Program-made: the position numbers and the translations under genes
Assembly: GCA_049514515.1 (NCBI GenBank)
Contig: JBEKUZ010000015.1
Location: 2,606-66,605 of the forward strand
DNA length: 64,000 bases
Direction: 5' to 3'
DNA from: Thermodesulfobacteriota bacterium
Lineage (GTDB): Bacteria; Desulfobacterota; BSN033; UBA1163
Part shown: piece after piece, positions 52,053-61,098 of the stretch
Layout of the letters: the number at the start of each line of letters is the position of its first letter
Position numbering within the stretch: position 1 is the stretch's first letter
The notes under the pieces: generated by a model
Told to the model about the DNA's origin: nothing
Databases searched by the model: none
Seen by the model: only the letters and a program-made list of their open reading frames with translations

Positions 52053-54617
52053 TTGAGGTTACTCGTGGCCGATCCTTCGAAGAAAAAAGACGCCTATATC
52101 GCCATCCACGGTCATTTCTATCAGCCTCCCCGGGAGAACCCGTGGCTTGAAATCATCGAAACAGAAGAGAGCGCCCATCCCTTTCACGATTGGAATGAAC
52201 GGATCGCCCTGGAGTGTTATCGGCCGAATGCCTATGCCCGGACCCTTGACGGGGAAGGGAAGATCTTGGATATCGTCAATAACTACTCCTCCATGAGTTT
52301 CAATTTTGGTCCGACGCTCCTCCCCTGGCTGGAGACGACATTTCCTTCTGTCTATCGGAAGATCCTTGAAGCAGACCAGCTCAGCCTGAAGCGGTTCGGC
52401 CACGGGAATGCCATTGCCCAGGTCTATGACCACATCATCCTGCCCCTGGCTAACGACAGGGATAAGGAAACCGAGGTTCTCTGGGGAATGGCCGACTTTG
52501 AGAAACGATTCCATCGAAAGCCTGATGCGATGTGGCTTCCCGAGACGGCCGTCAATTACGCAACCCTTCAGGTGTTGGTCAAACACGGAATAGGCTATCT
52601 CATCCTGAGCCCCTTTCAGGCGTCGAGGGTAAGGCCCTTCGGAGGAAAGCGATGGACGGATGTTTCGCAAGGTCGAATCGACCCTTCCCAACCTTACCGA
52701 TGTTTTATGCAGGATGCGTCCGGGAAAAAACTCTTAGACCAGTTCATCGACCTCTTTTTTTATAACGGGATCATCTCGAAGGAGATTGCGTTTGGGGATC
52801 TCTTAAATGACGGCAATACGTTCTGCAATCGGTTTCTGCAATTCTACCAGGAGTCGGCAGAAAGACCACAACTGATTCACATTGCAACGGACGGTGAAAC
52901 CTACGGACACCACAAGAAATTCGGCGATATGGCCCTCGCTTACGCACTCCATCAAGGCTTTCCTTCCCGTGGGGTGGAGATCGTCAATTATGGGGCTTTT
53001 CTGAAGCGATTTCCTCCTGTATATGAGGTGGAGATTGATGAGGGGCCGAAGGGAGAGGGAACCTCCTGGAGTTGCAACCATGGGGTGGGAAGATGGAAAG
53101 AAGATTGCGGGGACAGTACGGGAGGAAGGCCCGGATGGAATCAGAAATGGAGGGGACCTTTAAGGGAAGCCCTTAATCTTCTGAGGGATGAACTCAGCCT
53201 GGTCTTTGAGAAAGAAGGAGAAAAGATATTTCGGGATGTCTGGCAAGCCAGAAACGGCTATATTGAAATCGTCCTTAATCGTTCTCCCCAAAGAATCAAA
53301 AGCTTCTTTGAACGGCACGGGCTCAAAGGCCTTGACGAAAATGGTAGGATCAAGGGACTTAAGCTCCTGGAGATGCAGAGGCACGCCTTACAGATGTTTG
53401 CGAGCTGCGGCTGGTTCTTTGCAGACCTGTCAGGGCTGGAGACCATCATTATCCTTCAGCGGGCGGCAAGGGCGATCCAGTTGGCAGAAGAGCTGGCAAA
53501 GGGAGAGATTGAGAAGAAATTCCTTGAACATCTATCTGAAGCAGAAAGTAATCTTCCTGAAATGGGGAAGGGCGATCAAGTTTACCAGCGTTTGGTAAGA
53601 CCGAAACGGGTCACATCCGAAAAAGTCGTGAACCATTTTGCCATCACTTCTTTGCTCGATGGCGGGGAGGGAGAGAAAAAAATCTTCTCCTATCGGGTGG
53701 AAAAAATTCAGTATGAAAAGATTCAGAAAGAAGAGAATTTGTTGGTCATAGGCCAGGTAAGGGTGACCTCGGAGATCATCCCGGAGCCAAAAGAATTTCT
53801 CTTTGGACTGATTCCATCGACGAGCGAGGTTTTTCGCACCTGGGTATCGGAAAAGAAGGAGGGCCTTCATTTCGATGTCCTGAAGCAAAAAGGACACGAG
53901 GGATTTGGAAAAGGTAGGGAGGAGATCGCCAAGGTTCTTACTTCCTTGTTCGGAGATCAGGTCTTCACCATGCGCGATACTTTTAAGGACGAGAGACAGG
54001 CCATCTTCCAAAAGCTGATCCAGAAAGAATTCGAAGAACACTGCCAGATCTACGCTGACCTTTTTGACCGGACGAAACTGGCTGTTGAAGCCTTAGCCAG
54101 AGAGGGGCTGGAGATTCCGTATGAGATTCGTGTGGCGGCGGAAGTCACACTCAGCGATCGTTTGTTTCAAGAAATAAAGGAGCTGAGAAGAGATTTTAAA
54201 GGGACGGTCGAAAGAAGGAAGATTGATGGGATTATCGAAGAGGCAAAGGAGCGCGGGTATCAGCTGAGGAGGGAGAAATCCCTCTCAGCTTTGAATAAGA
54301 TATTAATGGAGAGGATGAATGCCCTTCAGAAAAGCAAGGGTTCTGAACTTTCCCGTCAGTCAGAGGTGGCTGAGGAGGCCATGACACTCCTCGACCTGGC
54401 AAAAAAGTGGGGGTTCGAGATTTCCCTGGCGGAGGCCCAGAATTCAATGGGCGAAATACTGGAAGAATGTGTCGGGGATCTTGAAAAGTGCTGGTGGGAG
54501 AACGGGACTCCGAAGCTATTCTCCCCCAATCTCATCACCCTGGCAGGGAAGTTGGGATTCAATGTGGAGAGATATTCGAAAATAACTGGTCCAAGTAATT
54601 TGGCAGGCCAATCGTGA
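52053..54617 (+). CDS. GH57-family glycoside hydrolase with DUF3536 domain
   Basis: HGHFYQPPRENPW, WLPETA, ATDGETYGHH, SWSCNHGVGRW, MFASCGWFF. Confidence 0.9.
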   Translation: MRLLVADPSKKKDAYIAIHGHFYQPPRENPWLEIIETEESAHPFHDWNERIALECYRPNAYARTLDGEGKILDIVNNYSSMSFNFGPTLLPWLETTFPSVYRKILEADQLSLKRFGHGNAIAQVYDHIILPLANDRDKETEVLWGMADFEKRFHRKPDAMWLPETAVNYATLQVLVKHGIGYLILSPFQASRVRPFGGKRWTDVSQGRIDPSQPYRCFMQDASGKKLLDQFIDLFFYNGIISKEIAFGDLLNDGNTFCNRFLQFYQESAERPQLIHIATDGETYGHHKKFGDMALAYALHQGFPSRGVEIVNYGAFLKRFPPVYEVEIDEGPKGEGTSWSCNHGVGRWKEDCGDSTGGRPGWNQKWRGPLREALNLLRDELSLVFEKEGEKIFRDVWQARNGYIEIVLNRSPQRIKSFFERHGLKGLDENGRIKGLKLLEMQRHALQMFASCGWFFADLSGLETIIILQRAARAIQLAEELAKGEIEKKFLEHLSEAESNLPEMGKGDQVYQRLVRPKRVTSEKVVNHFAITSLLDGGEGEKKIFSYRVEKIQYEKIQKEENLLVIGQVRVTSEIIPEPKEFLFGLIPSTSEVFRTWVSEKKEGLHFDVLKQKGHEGFGKGREEIAKVLTSLFGDQVFTMRDTFKDERQAIFQKLIQKEFEEHCQIYADLFDRTKLAVEALAREGLEIPYEIRVAAEVTLSDRLFQEIKELRRDFKGTVERRKIDGIIEEAKERGYQLRREKSLSALNKILMERMNALQKSKGSELSRQSEVAEEAMTLLDLAKKWGFEISLAEAQNSMGEILEECVGDLEKCWWENGTPKLFSPNLITLAGKLGFNVERYSKITGPSNLAGQS

Positions 54618-54700
54618 TAAACTGATTTTTTACACCCCTTGGCCTGCTGATTACGAAACCTGGAAAATGATGTTTATTGCATCTGGTGTATTTTACTTAC

Positions 54701-54862
54701 TTATGGCTTCTTAGGGTCTTTCTCTGTCTTGATTACTTCTTGTTCATAAGGTTCAGACATAAGCCGCTTCCAATCATCAAGTGGTCTCTCACCTTTGCCA
54801 CTCTCAGGATGCCATTCCTTAATCCGTCTTGGCTTAGATTTACTGTTTGTCTTAATTGCCAT
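54701..54862 (-). CDS. Small charged hypothetical protein (53 aa)
   Basis: AAAGGAGG RBS before ATG 54862. Confidence 0.4.
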   Translation of the reverse strand: MAIKTNSKSKPRRIKEWHPESGKGERPLDDWKRLMSEPYEQEVIKTEKDPKKP

Positions 54863-55037
54863 TTGTTTTTGCCTCCTTTTGAGGCTTAACATATTTCGTC
54901 AGTTTGTACCAGACCCTATTAGGCCCTACCCCTTTATCGGAGGCCTCCTTTAATCCGGAGAGGATCTTCTCATGGGTTTGCCGATGATTACCGATTGGAA
55001 TCCGGTATAGCGATATGTATTCTCAACTTGATGACTT

Positions 55038-55110
55038 CACGAAGAAGCAAGCGAAATATCCCTTTGCCAATTTTCAAAAAGGAGCCAATGGGGACAAATA
55101 ACGGGTACAC
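55038..55110 (+). repeat. ~73-bp dispersed repeat, copy 1
   Basis: ...GCGAAATATCCCTTTGCCAATTTT...GAGCC...GGGGA.AAATAACGGGTACAC, also at 60244 and 60986. Confidence 0.85.
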
Positions 55111-55301
55111 TTGCCTATCTGGAATTCGACCGGCGTATATTAACCTTCGCCCTTTGTAAATTCAGCTACAGGTATATAGAAGAGAGCATGTTCGCTTCTA
55201 TTATGTTATATTGGTTTTAATTTGGAAATCAAAGTGGGTGAACTTTCGATTAGGTTTTACACGGGGAATACAAAGCCTCTTTCCGAAAGGATTGGAAGTT
55301 T

Positions 55302-56498
55302 TTGAAGCGAAGAGAATTTCTAAAAGTGATGGCAGGAGTATCAGCGATGGTTGTTTATCCGTGGAAAGGTGTTGCAGGTGCATCCCAGACTCTTCAAGAG
55401 GGCAAGTCGCTTGCATCCGGCCGGCCAATCCGAGTCCTTCTGGCTGGGGTGGGCCGAGGGGCTTCTGAACAGGTTATGAAGTTGGCGGTTCGAGCCGCAG
55501 CCGGAGCAACCACCGATTTCTCCTGGCTGTCCAAAGGCGATTCTGTATTCATCAAGCCGGCCCTTAATTCAGGCAATCCCTATCCGGCCACGACGAACCC
55601 AATCGCCATCGGAGCTATGGTCGAGCTCCTCAAGCAAAAGGGAGCCCGTCGGGTGATTGTAGGAGACATGTCCGGTATCGAGCACGTGAAACTCTCGCCC
55701 AAGGGACTTACCGGCAGTTCCCGCCGTTTGATGGAGGCTTCTGGCATGGCCCGGGCCGTCCAGGCGGCTGGTGGGGAGATCCATTTTTTTGAAGAAGCCG
55801 GATGGGACGCCTTTTATGAAGATGCTCCAGCTGGCCGCCACTGGAAGCGTGGCCTGATGATGCCTAATATACTTAAAGAGGTAGAGCATATCATTCTCAT
55901 GCCCCGTTGCGGCCGTCATGTGCTGGCAGGTAGTACACTAGGCCTGAAGGCTGCGGTGGGTTATTGGCGCACCGACACACGCCTGGAATACCATCGGGAC
56001 GCATCCACCTTCCAGGAGAAGACGGCCGAGGGCAATACCGTCGAAACCTTACGCAAGAAGCAGCGGTTGGTGCTTTCCGCAGCAGATAAGATACTCACCA
56101 CTTTTGGTCCAGATGAAGGTCACGTCTTCCAGCCGGAGAACGGCCTGGTAATCGCTTCGGAGTCGGTGGTGGCCCACGACATGGTGTCGCTGGCCTGGCT
56201 GTTAGAAAACAGGCGCAACTTTCCCGCATCAGGAAAGGAATGGTTCAAAGATAACAGTCAGTGGGTAGCCAGGATCGCCAATCACTATGTAGTCGGCAAA
56301 TTGGGTGGATGGGGACCGACTCTCGCTTCCGAAAAGCTAACCAAGAACGACATCAATGCCATTTGGGATGATCGGGTTCTCAACCATGCTTACCAGGTCT
56401 TCGGTGTCATGCCTAAGGTGATCCTAGAAGCGGCCAACAACGCCATTCCTGAAGATTTAAAGAAGCGACTAACCGAAACGACCACTCGTTCTGCCTGA
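55302..56498 (+). CDS. Tat-exported DUF362 domain protein
   Basis: KRREFLK Tat motif; VFIKP, TTNP, H...TLGLK. Confidence 0.8.
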   Translation: MKRREFLKVMAGVSAMVVYPWKGVAGASQTLQEGKSLASGRPIRVLLAGVGRGASEQVMKLAVRAAAGATTDFSWLSKGDSVFIKPALNSGNPYPATTNPIAIGAMVELLKQKGARRVIVGDMSGIEHVKLSPKGLTGSSRRLMEASGMARAVQAAGGEIHFFEEAGWDAFYEDAPAGRHWKRGLMMPNILKEVEHIILMPRCGRHVLAGSTLGLKAAVGYWRTDTRLEYHRDASTFQEKTAEGNTVETLRKKQRLVLSAADKILTTFGPDEGHVFQPENGLVIASESVVAHDMVSLAWLLENRRNFPASGKEWFKDNSQWVARIANHYVVGKLGGWGPTLASEKLTKNDINAIWDDRVLNHAYQVFGVMPKVILEAANNAIPEDLKKRLTETTTRSA

Positions 56499-56709
56499 CG
56501 GCTCCGTATCCTCAAATAACTCCATTGCAGAGTAAGGCATATTCATCAAGTTCTTACGTCGGTAAGGCTTCCACCTATAAGTTTTCAACTTTGGATAGCG
56601 TTGGGAGTTGACAGTTACGATTTGAAATATGCGTAAAAGAGGTAGAGCCGTCTCTGAGTCTGCCTTCGGTCTTTGACAAGTGAATGTGGATCTTTTTTTA
56701 GAATCGAGG

Positions 56710-57156
56710 TTAGGAAAGCGATAGGTTATAGAAAAACCGTGGAGTGGAATTATGCATCGCGGACTTTTTTACACCAGAGGAAACTGCATATACCCTTATG
56801 TTGTCGCTTTTGGGATCTGCCGGAAAGATGAAAAAGCCTTGTCGCTTAGGATCGTAACCCAAGGTTGACCCGACCAACACTTCGCCATCCATAAAAGTGA
56901 CTTCCACTTTTTTACCAGAAGGCTTTTCTCCTTCAGTATACTTCTTCCGCTCATTATACAGGGAGTCCCCGATGAAATCCCGAACTATGAAGATAGCTTT
57001 CAGGCCTTTCGTAGATACTTCGATTGCCCCGCCAGAGGGGTTATCAGATGGAACAAGATGAAAACGTTCCGTATTCGGAAAAAAATCTTCAGTAACGCCT
57101 TTGATTAACTTACCATCGCTAAAATGCACAACGACTTTAATCTTTTCCATCTCCAC
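56710..57156 (-). CDS. DUF6982-like two-repeat beta protein
   Basis: KVVVHFSDGKLIKG...LKAIF...VEVTFMDGEVLVG...GFFIFPAD. Confidence 0.65.
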   Translation of the reverse strand: MEMEKIKVVVHFSDGKLIKGVTEDFFPNTERFHLVPSDNPSGGAIEVSTKGLKAIFIVRDFIGDSLYNERKKYTEGEKPSGKKVEVTFMDGEVLVGSTLGYDPKRQGFFIFPADPKSDNIRVYAVSSGVKKSAMHNSTPRFFYNLSLS

Positions 57157-57167
57157 CTAACTCCCTA

Positions 57168-57584
57168 TTAAGGCTGATAACTTTGACTTGGAGGATTCTT
57201 CTCAGATTCAAATCGGCCACTAATCAGGAGGTTCAGCTTCCAACGATCCTCACCAAATATCTGAATAAACTCTAATCCATACTGGTATCCTTTCCAGTAT
57301 TGGTTTCCTTTCAAATCTTCTTTCGAATAAGGTTCCTGCCACACAATCTCCGCCACCGCTTTGAAGTCAGTCAATCTATACCCCTTTGGAAACAGGACAG
57401 TGATACTTAATTCCGTACCAACCGGGATGTCTCTGGTGGATTCGATGAGAAAACCTCCCTCACTTGCATTCACAACAATCGCTCCACGTAAACAGGAGTC
57501 ATTCGCATCCCGATATGCTGCGGGCAAATCAATAAAAACCCGAGGATATCTTCTTCTCTCTCTGTTGTTCGATGATCCCTCCAT
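57168..57584 (-). CDS. Stand-alone PilZ-domain protein
   Basis: ERRRYPR (RxxxR) and NASEGG (D/NxSxxG). Confidence 0.9.
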   Translation of the reverse strand: MEGSSNNRERRRYPRVFIDLPAAYRDANDSCLRGAIVVNASEGGFLIESTRDIPVGTELSITVLFPKGYRLTDFKAVAEIVWQEPYSKEDLKGNQYWKGYQYGLEFIQIFGEDRWKLNLLISGRFESEKNPPSQSYQP

Positions 57585-57823
57585 CGTCTCCTTATACCTC
57601 CCGTTTTTCTATTACTAAATGGGTATCTCGTCTCAATCCATCTTCTGCACATAATTCGGACCCCTCAGCGGTAGGTGTCAGACTTGTCCTCTTTTCAAAA
57701 CTAACCATGTCTGCGGTCACAAATGCCGTGGCCTTGACCATTTCGAGGACCCTCTCCGTTCTGAGATAAGCCGTTTAGGTTCGCCGCAGCACCTCTGCCC
57801 TCCCTCTTGAGGAAGAAAGAAAC

Positions 57824-57852
57824 AAAAAAGGCAGAGCTATTTGACCCTGCCC
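57824..57852 (-). terminator. Rho-independent terminator
   Basis: GGCAGGGT-CAAATA-GCTCTGCC-TTTTTT. Confidence 0.7.
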
Positions 57853-57945
57853 TTTTTAATATAATTGGCGGGGGTTTTACCTAATCCACCCCCGAAGGTG
57901 TTTTGAAAGGAGGAGGGCGGTGGAATGAGCGAAATTAACCGCCTC
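57824..57945 (-). ncRNA. Candidate sigma54-dependent small RNA (~120 nt)
   Basis: Three hairpins from the predicted +1 to a U-tailed terminator; no ORF in the track. Confidence 0.45.
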
Positions 57946-57956
57946 CTCTCGGAGAG

Positions 57957-57971
57957 GCATAATATATGCCA
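57957..57971 (-). promoter_or_regulatory. Sigma54 -24/-12 promoter
   Basis: TGGCATATATTATGC, GG-N10-GC; two near-palindromes at about 58021-58057 could be activator sites. Confidence 0.55.
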
Positions 57972-58179
57972 AATTTAAGAGTCCGAAATTACAGAGATCT
58001 TATTTTAAGGTTATTGTCTAATGACAATTTTGTTACCGTTTAGGACAAATTTGGCCCGGCCTCGCTATCAACACAATTCAAAAGAGACATAGCCACAATT
58101 TGCGGGCGATGATACCTCAGAACGTGTAACGGTTCCTCTGCCTCACAGAGTGGCAACAGCCGCGCCGGCGAGAAGGGAG

Positions 58180-58575
58180 TCAACGGCCCGAAGCCACAGT
58201 GCCCTTCATGAGCGCCGGATCAGCCCATTTCGTGATATCGATCGAAAAATGGATGTAGAGGTCTTTTTCACCAGCAATCGGCAGCCAGTAGGTGTCGAGA
58301 AATCGCTCGGCATACGGACCGACATTCCGTTTGGCCTGGTTTTCTTGCAGAGCGGCATTCGCCAGGCAAACTTCGTGGACCTCTTTAGATCCCGTCAACT
58401 GATAGCACTTGCTGCCGACCCTCACACCCATTTCCAGGGCCTTGGCGTTGGCCGCCTGGATCGTCCGATCCTTCGTCAGCAGCAAGACAATATGAGGGAA
58501 CGGGTCCCACATCTTCCGAAACGCTGCAACGACTTCATCTCGTGTCCAAATCTTTTCCTGCTGTTTTTCTCCCAT
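58180..58575 (-). CDS. Small PAS-like hypothetical protein
   Basis: LLTKDRTIQAAN...GSKCY...C pattern; GAGAGGTG RBS. Confidence 0.55.
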   Translation of the reverse strand: MGEKQQEKIWTRDEVVAAFRKMWDPFPHIVLLLTKDRTIQAANAKALEMGVRVGSKCYQLTGSKEVHEVCLANAALQENQAKRNVGPYAERFLDTYWLPIAGEKDLYIHFSIDITKWADPALMKGTVASGR

Positions 58576-58811
58576 GATGATTCACCTCTCAAGAAAATAA
58601 TGCCGGTTTTCACGTCGCCGAAACCTGACAAGGCCGCTACTCCCCTCTCCCTGATCGACGGCAACGCCTGGGTTTTAGTGATAAGAATTTGCTCCGGGGC
58701 GAGTCGAATATACAAAAAAGAAGAGTAGTATGTCAATAAATAGGGGCCGAGAATTACCAATACAAGGAAAGCATGTATTACCAAGATGCCCAGTTGGGGA
58801 GTCAACTATCA

Positions 58812-60014
58812 TCAATTCATTCTTGGATCGAATAATGTTTGGTTTCTCAACATTGCAAAGATCACTCTAATTAGTTTATGGGCAGTTGCCAGCACAGCCA
58901 TTTTGTAAGGCAACCCATCCTTTATTCGCTTCAAGTAGTATTGTTTGAATCGTTCATTAAATTGGATGACCTTCGTTGTCATAATCCAGATCACCCGTCT
59001 GAGATGTCGATTGCCTCGCTTGGAGATCTTTCCCTTCCTATCGATCTTCCCTGATTGGTAAACGGCCGGATCGAGCCCTGCCATTGCAATCACCTTTTTA
59101 TGACTTTCAAACTGCTTAATATCTCCACCTATCTCGATCAGAAAATTCACTGCGCTCTTCTCCCCGATTCCCTTCATAGAGGTAAGGATATCCTTCTCTC
59201 CCTGTACCTTCCCTTCGCAGAGTTCGATGAGGATATCCGTAAGCTCTTGGAGATGTTCTTCCATCTGGATCAGTAAGGATGTTTTCTGTCTGAGAATGAT
59301 CTCCTTCGTAGCGCTTGACGTCCCTACAGATACCCGTGCAGCCTTTAGGATTCGGTCCACCGATACATCGGTTTGCTTCCCATACGATCCCGGTATCAGT
59401 ATCTTAGCTATCTTGGAACGCTTGGCCTGCTTTATTGAAGCAGCAGAAGGATAGTGGCACAGCAGACGGAGCATGGATTTGTTAAAAATACCCGAAATAT
59501 GTTCCAATTCAGGAAAGGTCATGGTCAGTAACCGCTTGATTTCACTCTTGGTCGAACTCATCTGGTCCACCAGACTCTCTCGTTGCCTGGACAGATCTCT
59601 GAGATCTGAGATGTCAGAAGAGAGGATGGTTTGAGAAAGGGAATCTCGGTTCAGAAGAAGAAACTGTGCAATCACAGTGGCATCTTTCCTGTCTGTCTTG
59701 GTCTTGCGTAGCTGAAGCTTCACGAAATGAGAAATAAGCAAGGGATTAATCACCATCACGGTATACCCTAGGGAGATAAGGAAAGAATAAAGGTTGACAT
59801 GATAGCAGGCGGTTGACTCCATGCCCACCAGGACAGACTCCATGGAAACAGACAGGCCACAGAGTTGCTTGATCAGCTCTTCAAACCCCTTCCTGTCCAT
59901 CGAGGTAGATAGACTAAAAAGTCTTTCCCCCTTCATGTTGATACAGCACCCATCGAATGTCTCCTTGGAAACATCGATACCCAGAAACCATCTGAACCGC
60001 TGTGTTTCGTCCAT
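58812..60014 (-). CDS. IS110-family DEDD recombinase/transposase
   Basis: GIDVSK, MESTACY, KTDRKDA; C-terminal GLDP...QSG, ISKRGN; AAAGGAGG RBS before ATG 60014. Confidence 0.95.
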   Translation of the reverse strand: MDETQRFRWFLGIDVSKETFDGCCINMKGERLFSLSTSMDRKGFEELIKQLCGLSVSMESVLVGMESTACYHVNLYSFLISLGYTVMVINPLLISHFVKLQLRKTKTDRKDATVIAQFLLLNRDSLSQTILSSDISDLRDLSRQRESLVDQMSSTKSEIKRLLTMTFPELEHISGIFNKSMLRLLCHYPSAASIKQAKRSKIAKILIPGSYGKQTDVSVDRILKAARVSVGTSSATKEIILRQKTSLLIQMEEHLQELTDILIELCEGKVQGEKDILTSMKGIGEKSAVNFLIEIGGDIKQFESHKKVIAMAGLDPAVYQSGKIDRKGKISKRGNRHLRRVIWIMTTKVIQFNERFKQYYLKRIKDGLPYKMAVLATAHKLIRVIFAMLRNQTLFDPRMN

Positions 60015-60057
60015 ATCCATTCCTCCTTTCCATCTTGGCATGGCCAAAGCAGGAATT

Positions 60058-60215
60058 GCCTCCCGACCAATCCTCCATCGTGACAAGGATTCTATGATCC
60101 AATCAACTTATTATGGCTTGGGAGGCAGGGGACAGACTGTACTAAGGATTCTCAGATCCAGGAAGAAATGAGCCCTCCTGCCTTTCCATGGCTAATCAAT
60201 AAACTTTCACCCACA
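60058..60215 (-). ncRNA. Putative IS110 bridge RNA
   Basis: Two stem-loops, each capped by GGAUC-N-GAAUCC, with internal-loop strands matching the element's flank and end; 5' end approximate. Confidence 0.75.
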
Positions 60216-60243
60216 TAGATTTATACTATGAATTGATGGTAGG

Positions 60244-60315
60244 AGGAAGAAACAAGCGAAATATCCCTTTGCCAATTTTTAGGAATGAGCCGGTGGGGAG
60301 AAATAACGGGTACAC
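60244..60315 (+). repeat. ~73-bp dispersed repeat, copy 2 (directly abuts the IS110 end)
   Basis: Visual alignment with copies 1 and 3. Confidence 0.85.
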
Positions 60316-60375
60316 CTGCAAAGGGTGATGATCGGCCAACAATAAGAGTTGATGATCTGTGTTAGCAACAGGGAA

Positions 60376-60822
60376 TTATCGGCATAGCTTCCGATACAGG
60401 GCTCCAATTGGCTGCTCTTCCATCACAGGAGCCCATTTATCCGATTGTTCCCTGTGGATGGCGCAGGGAGTATCGTCTCCTTCTCCCGGACAAAGCATAA
60501 AAAATTTTCTGCGCCACTCTTTTCTCGGACAGTTTATTTCAGTCACGTTTATCTGGTAGACTACCTTCTCATACTCACTCCCAGCGAATCCCCTGGACCT
60601 CAATACTTCTTTCGTCTTGAAGACTTCTTTCCACCAAACCCTTACGATCCTCTCTGGAGATCTTGAGACGGTACCAGGGTCGTAATAAAAATCGCACTCT
60701 GCATCGCTCAAGAAGAATTCCCAGTTCCCACTGTCTCCATATGCTCCGGTTTGAATCTCTACAAGACCGATCATCACAAGCACGATTCCCCATATCATCC
60801 ATAATCGTCTCTTTTTGCCCAT
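60376..60822 (-). CDS. Exported protein, surface-adhesin E-like
   Basis: Signal peptide; W...FYYD..TV...VRVWWK...EINC pattern. Confidence 0.6.
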   Translation of the reverse strand: MGKKRRLWMIWGIVLVMIGLVEIQTGAYGDSGNWEFFLSDAECDFYYDPGTVSRSPERIVRVWWKEVFKTKEVLRSRGFAGSEYEKVVYQINVTEINCPRKEWRRKFFMLCPGEGDDTPCAIHREQSDKWAPVMEEQPIGALYRKLCR

Positions 60823-60985
60823 AATCTTTCCCTTTTCTGTTTAGATCTCTTTGTTTGACGGATCCTCGGAACAACAGGGACGGCCTGCCAGATTGACGAT
60901 TACCGTCTCGAAATGGTGATTATCTACATTGTTCATTTGCGGTTGTAATATAAACCTTTTTTAGGGTTTTAGGAAATGAAAAGTA

Positions 60986-61058
60986 CACGAAGAGGCAAAC
61001 GAGATATCCCTTTGCCAATTTTCAAAAATGAGCCGATGGGGAGAAATAACGGGTACAC
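60986..61058 (+). repeat. ~73-bp dispersed repeat, copy 3
   Basis: Visual alignment with copies 1 and 2. Confidence 0.85.
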
Positions 61059-61098
61059 TCAGTCATCTGCAATTCAACGGGCTGTTGCCCAAATGCAG

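Larger units (their letters stand above)
58802..60243 (-). mobile_element. Complete IS110-family element
   Basis: CT core at both ends (58800-58801, 60244-60245); subterminal IR 58806-58820 / 60228-60242 (14 of 15 match). Confidence 0.85.

Noticed and set aside
55184-55211. dif-like site (TTATGTTATAT resembles the XerD arm)
   Set aside because: The would-be XerC arm (GAGCATGTTCG) does not resemble the consensus.
57585-57820. c-di-GMP riboswitch upstream of the PilZ gene
   Set aside because: No GEMM consensus (GGCAAAC...GAAA...GACGCAAA) found by eye on either strand.
55038-61058. Three repeats as a CRISPR array or integron attC sites
   Set aside because: Repeats are about 73 bp, spaced by 0.7-5 kb, lack GTTRRRY/RYYYAAC hairpin ends, and no cas or intI gene is present.
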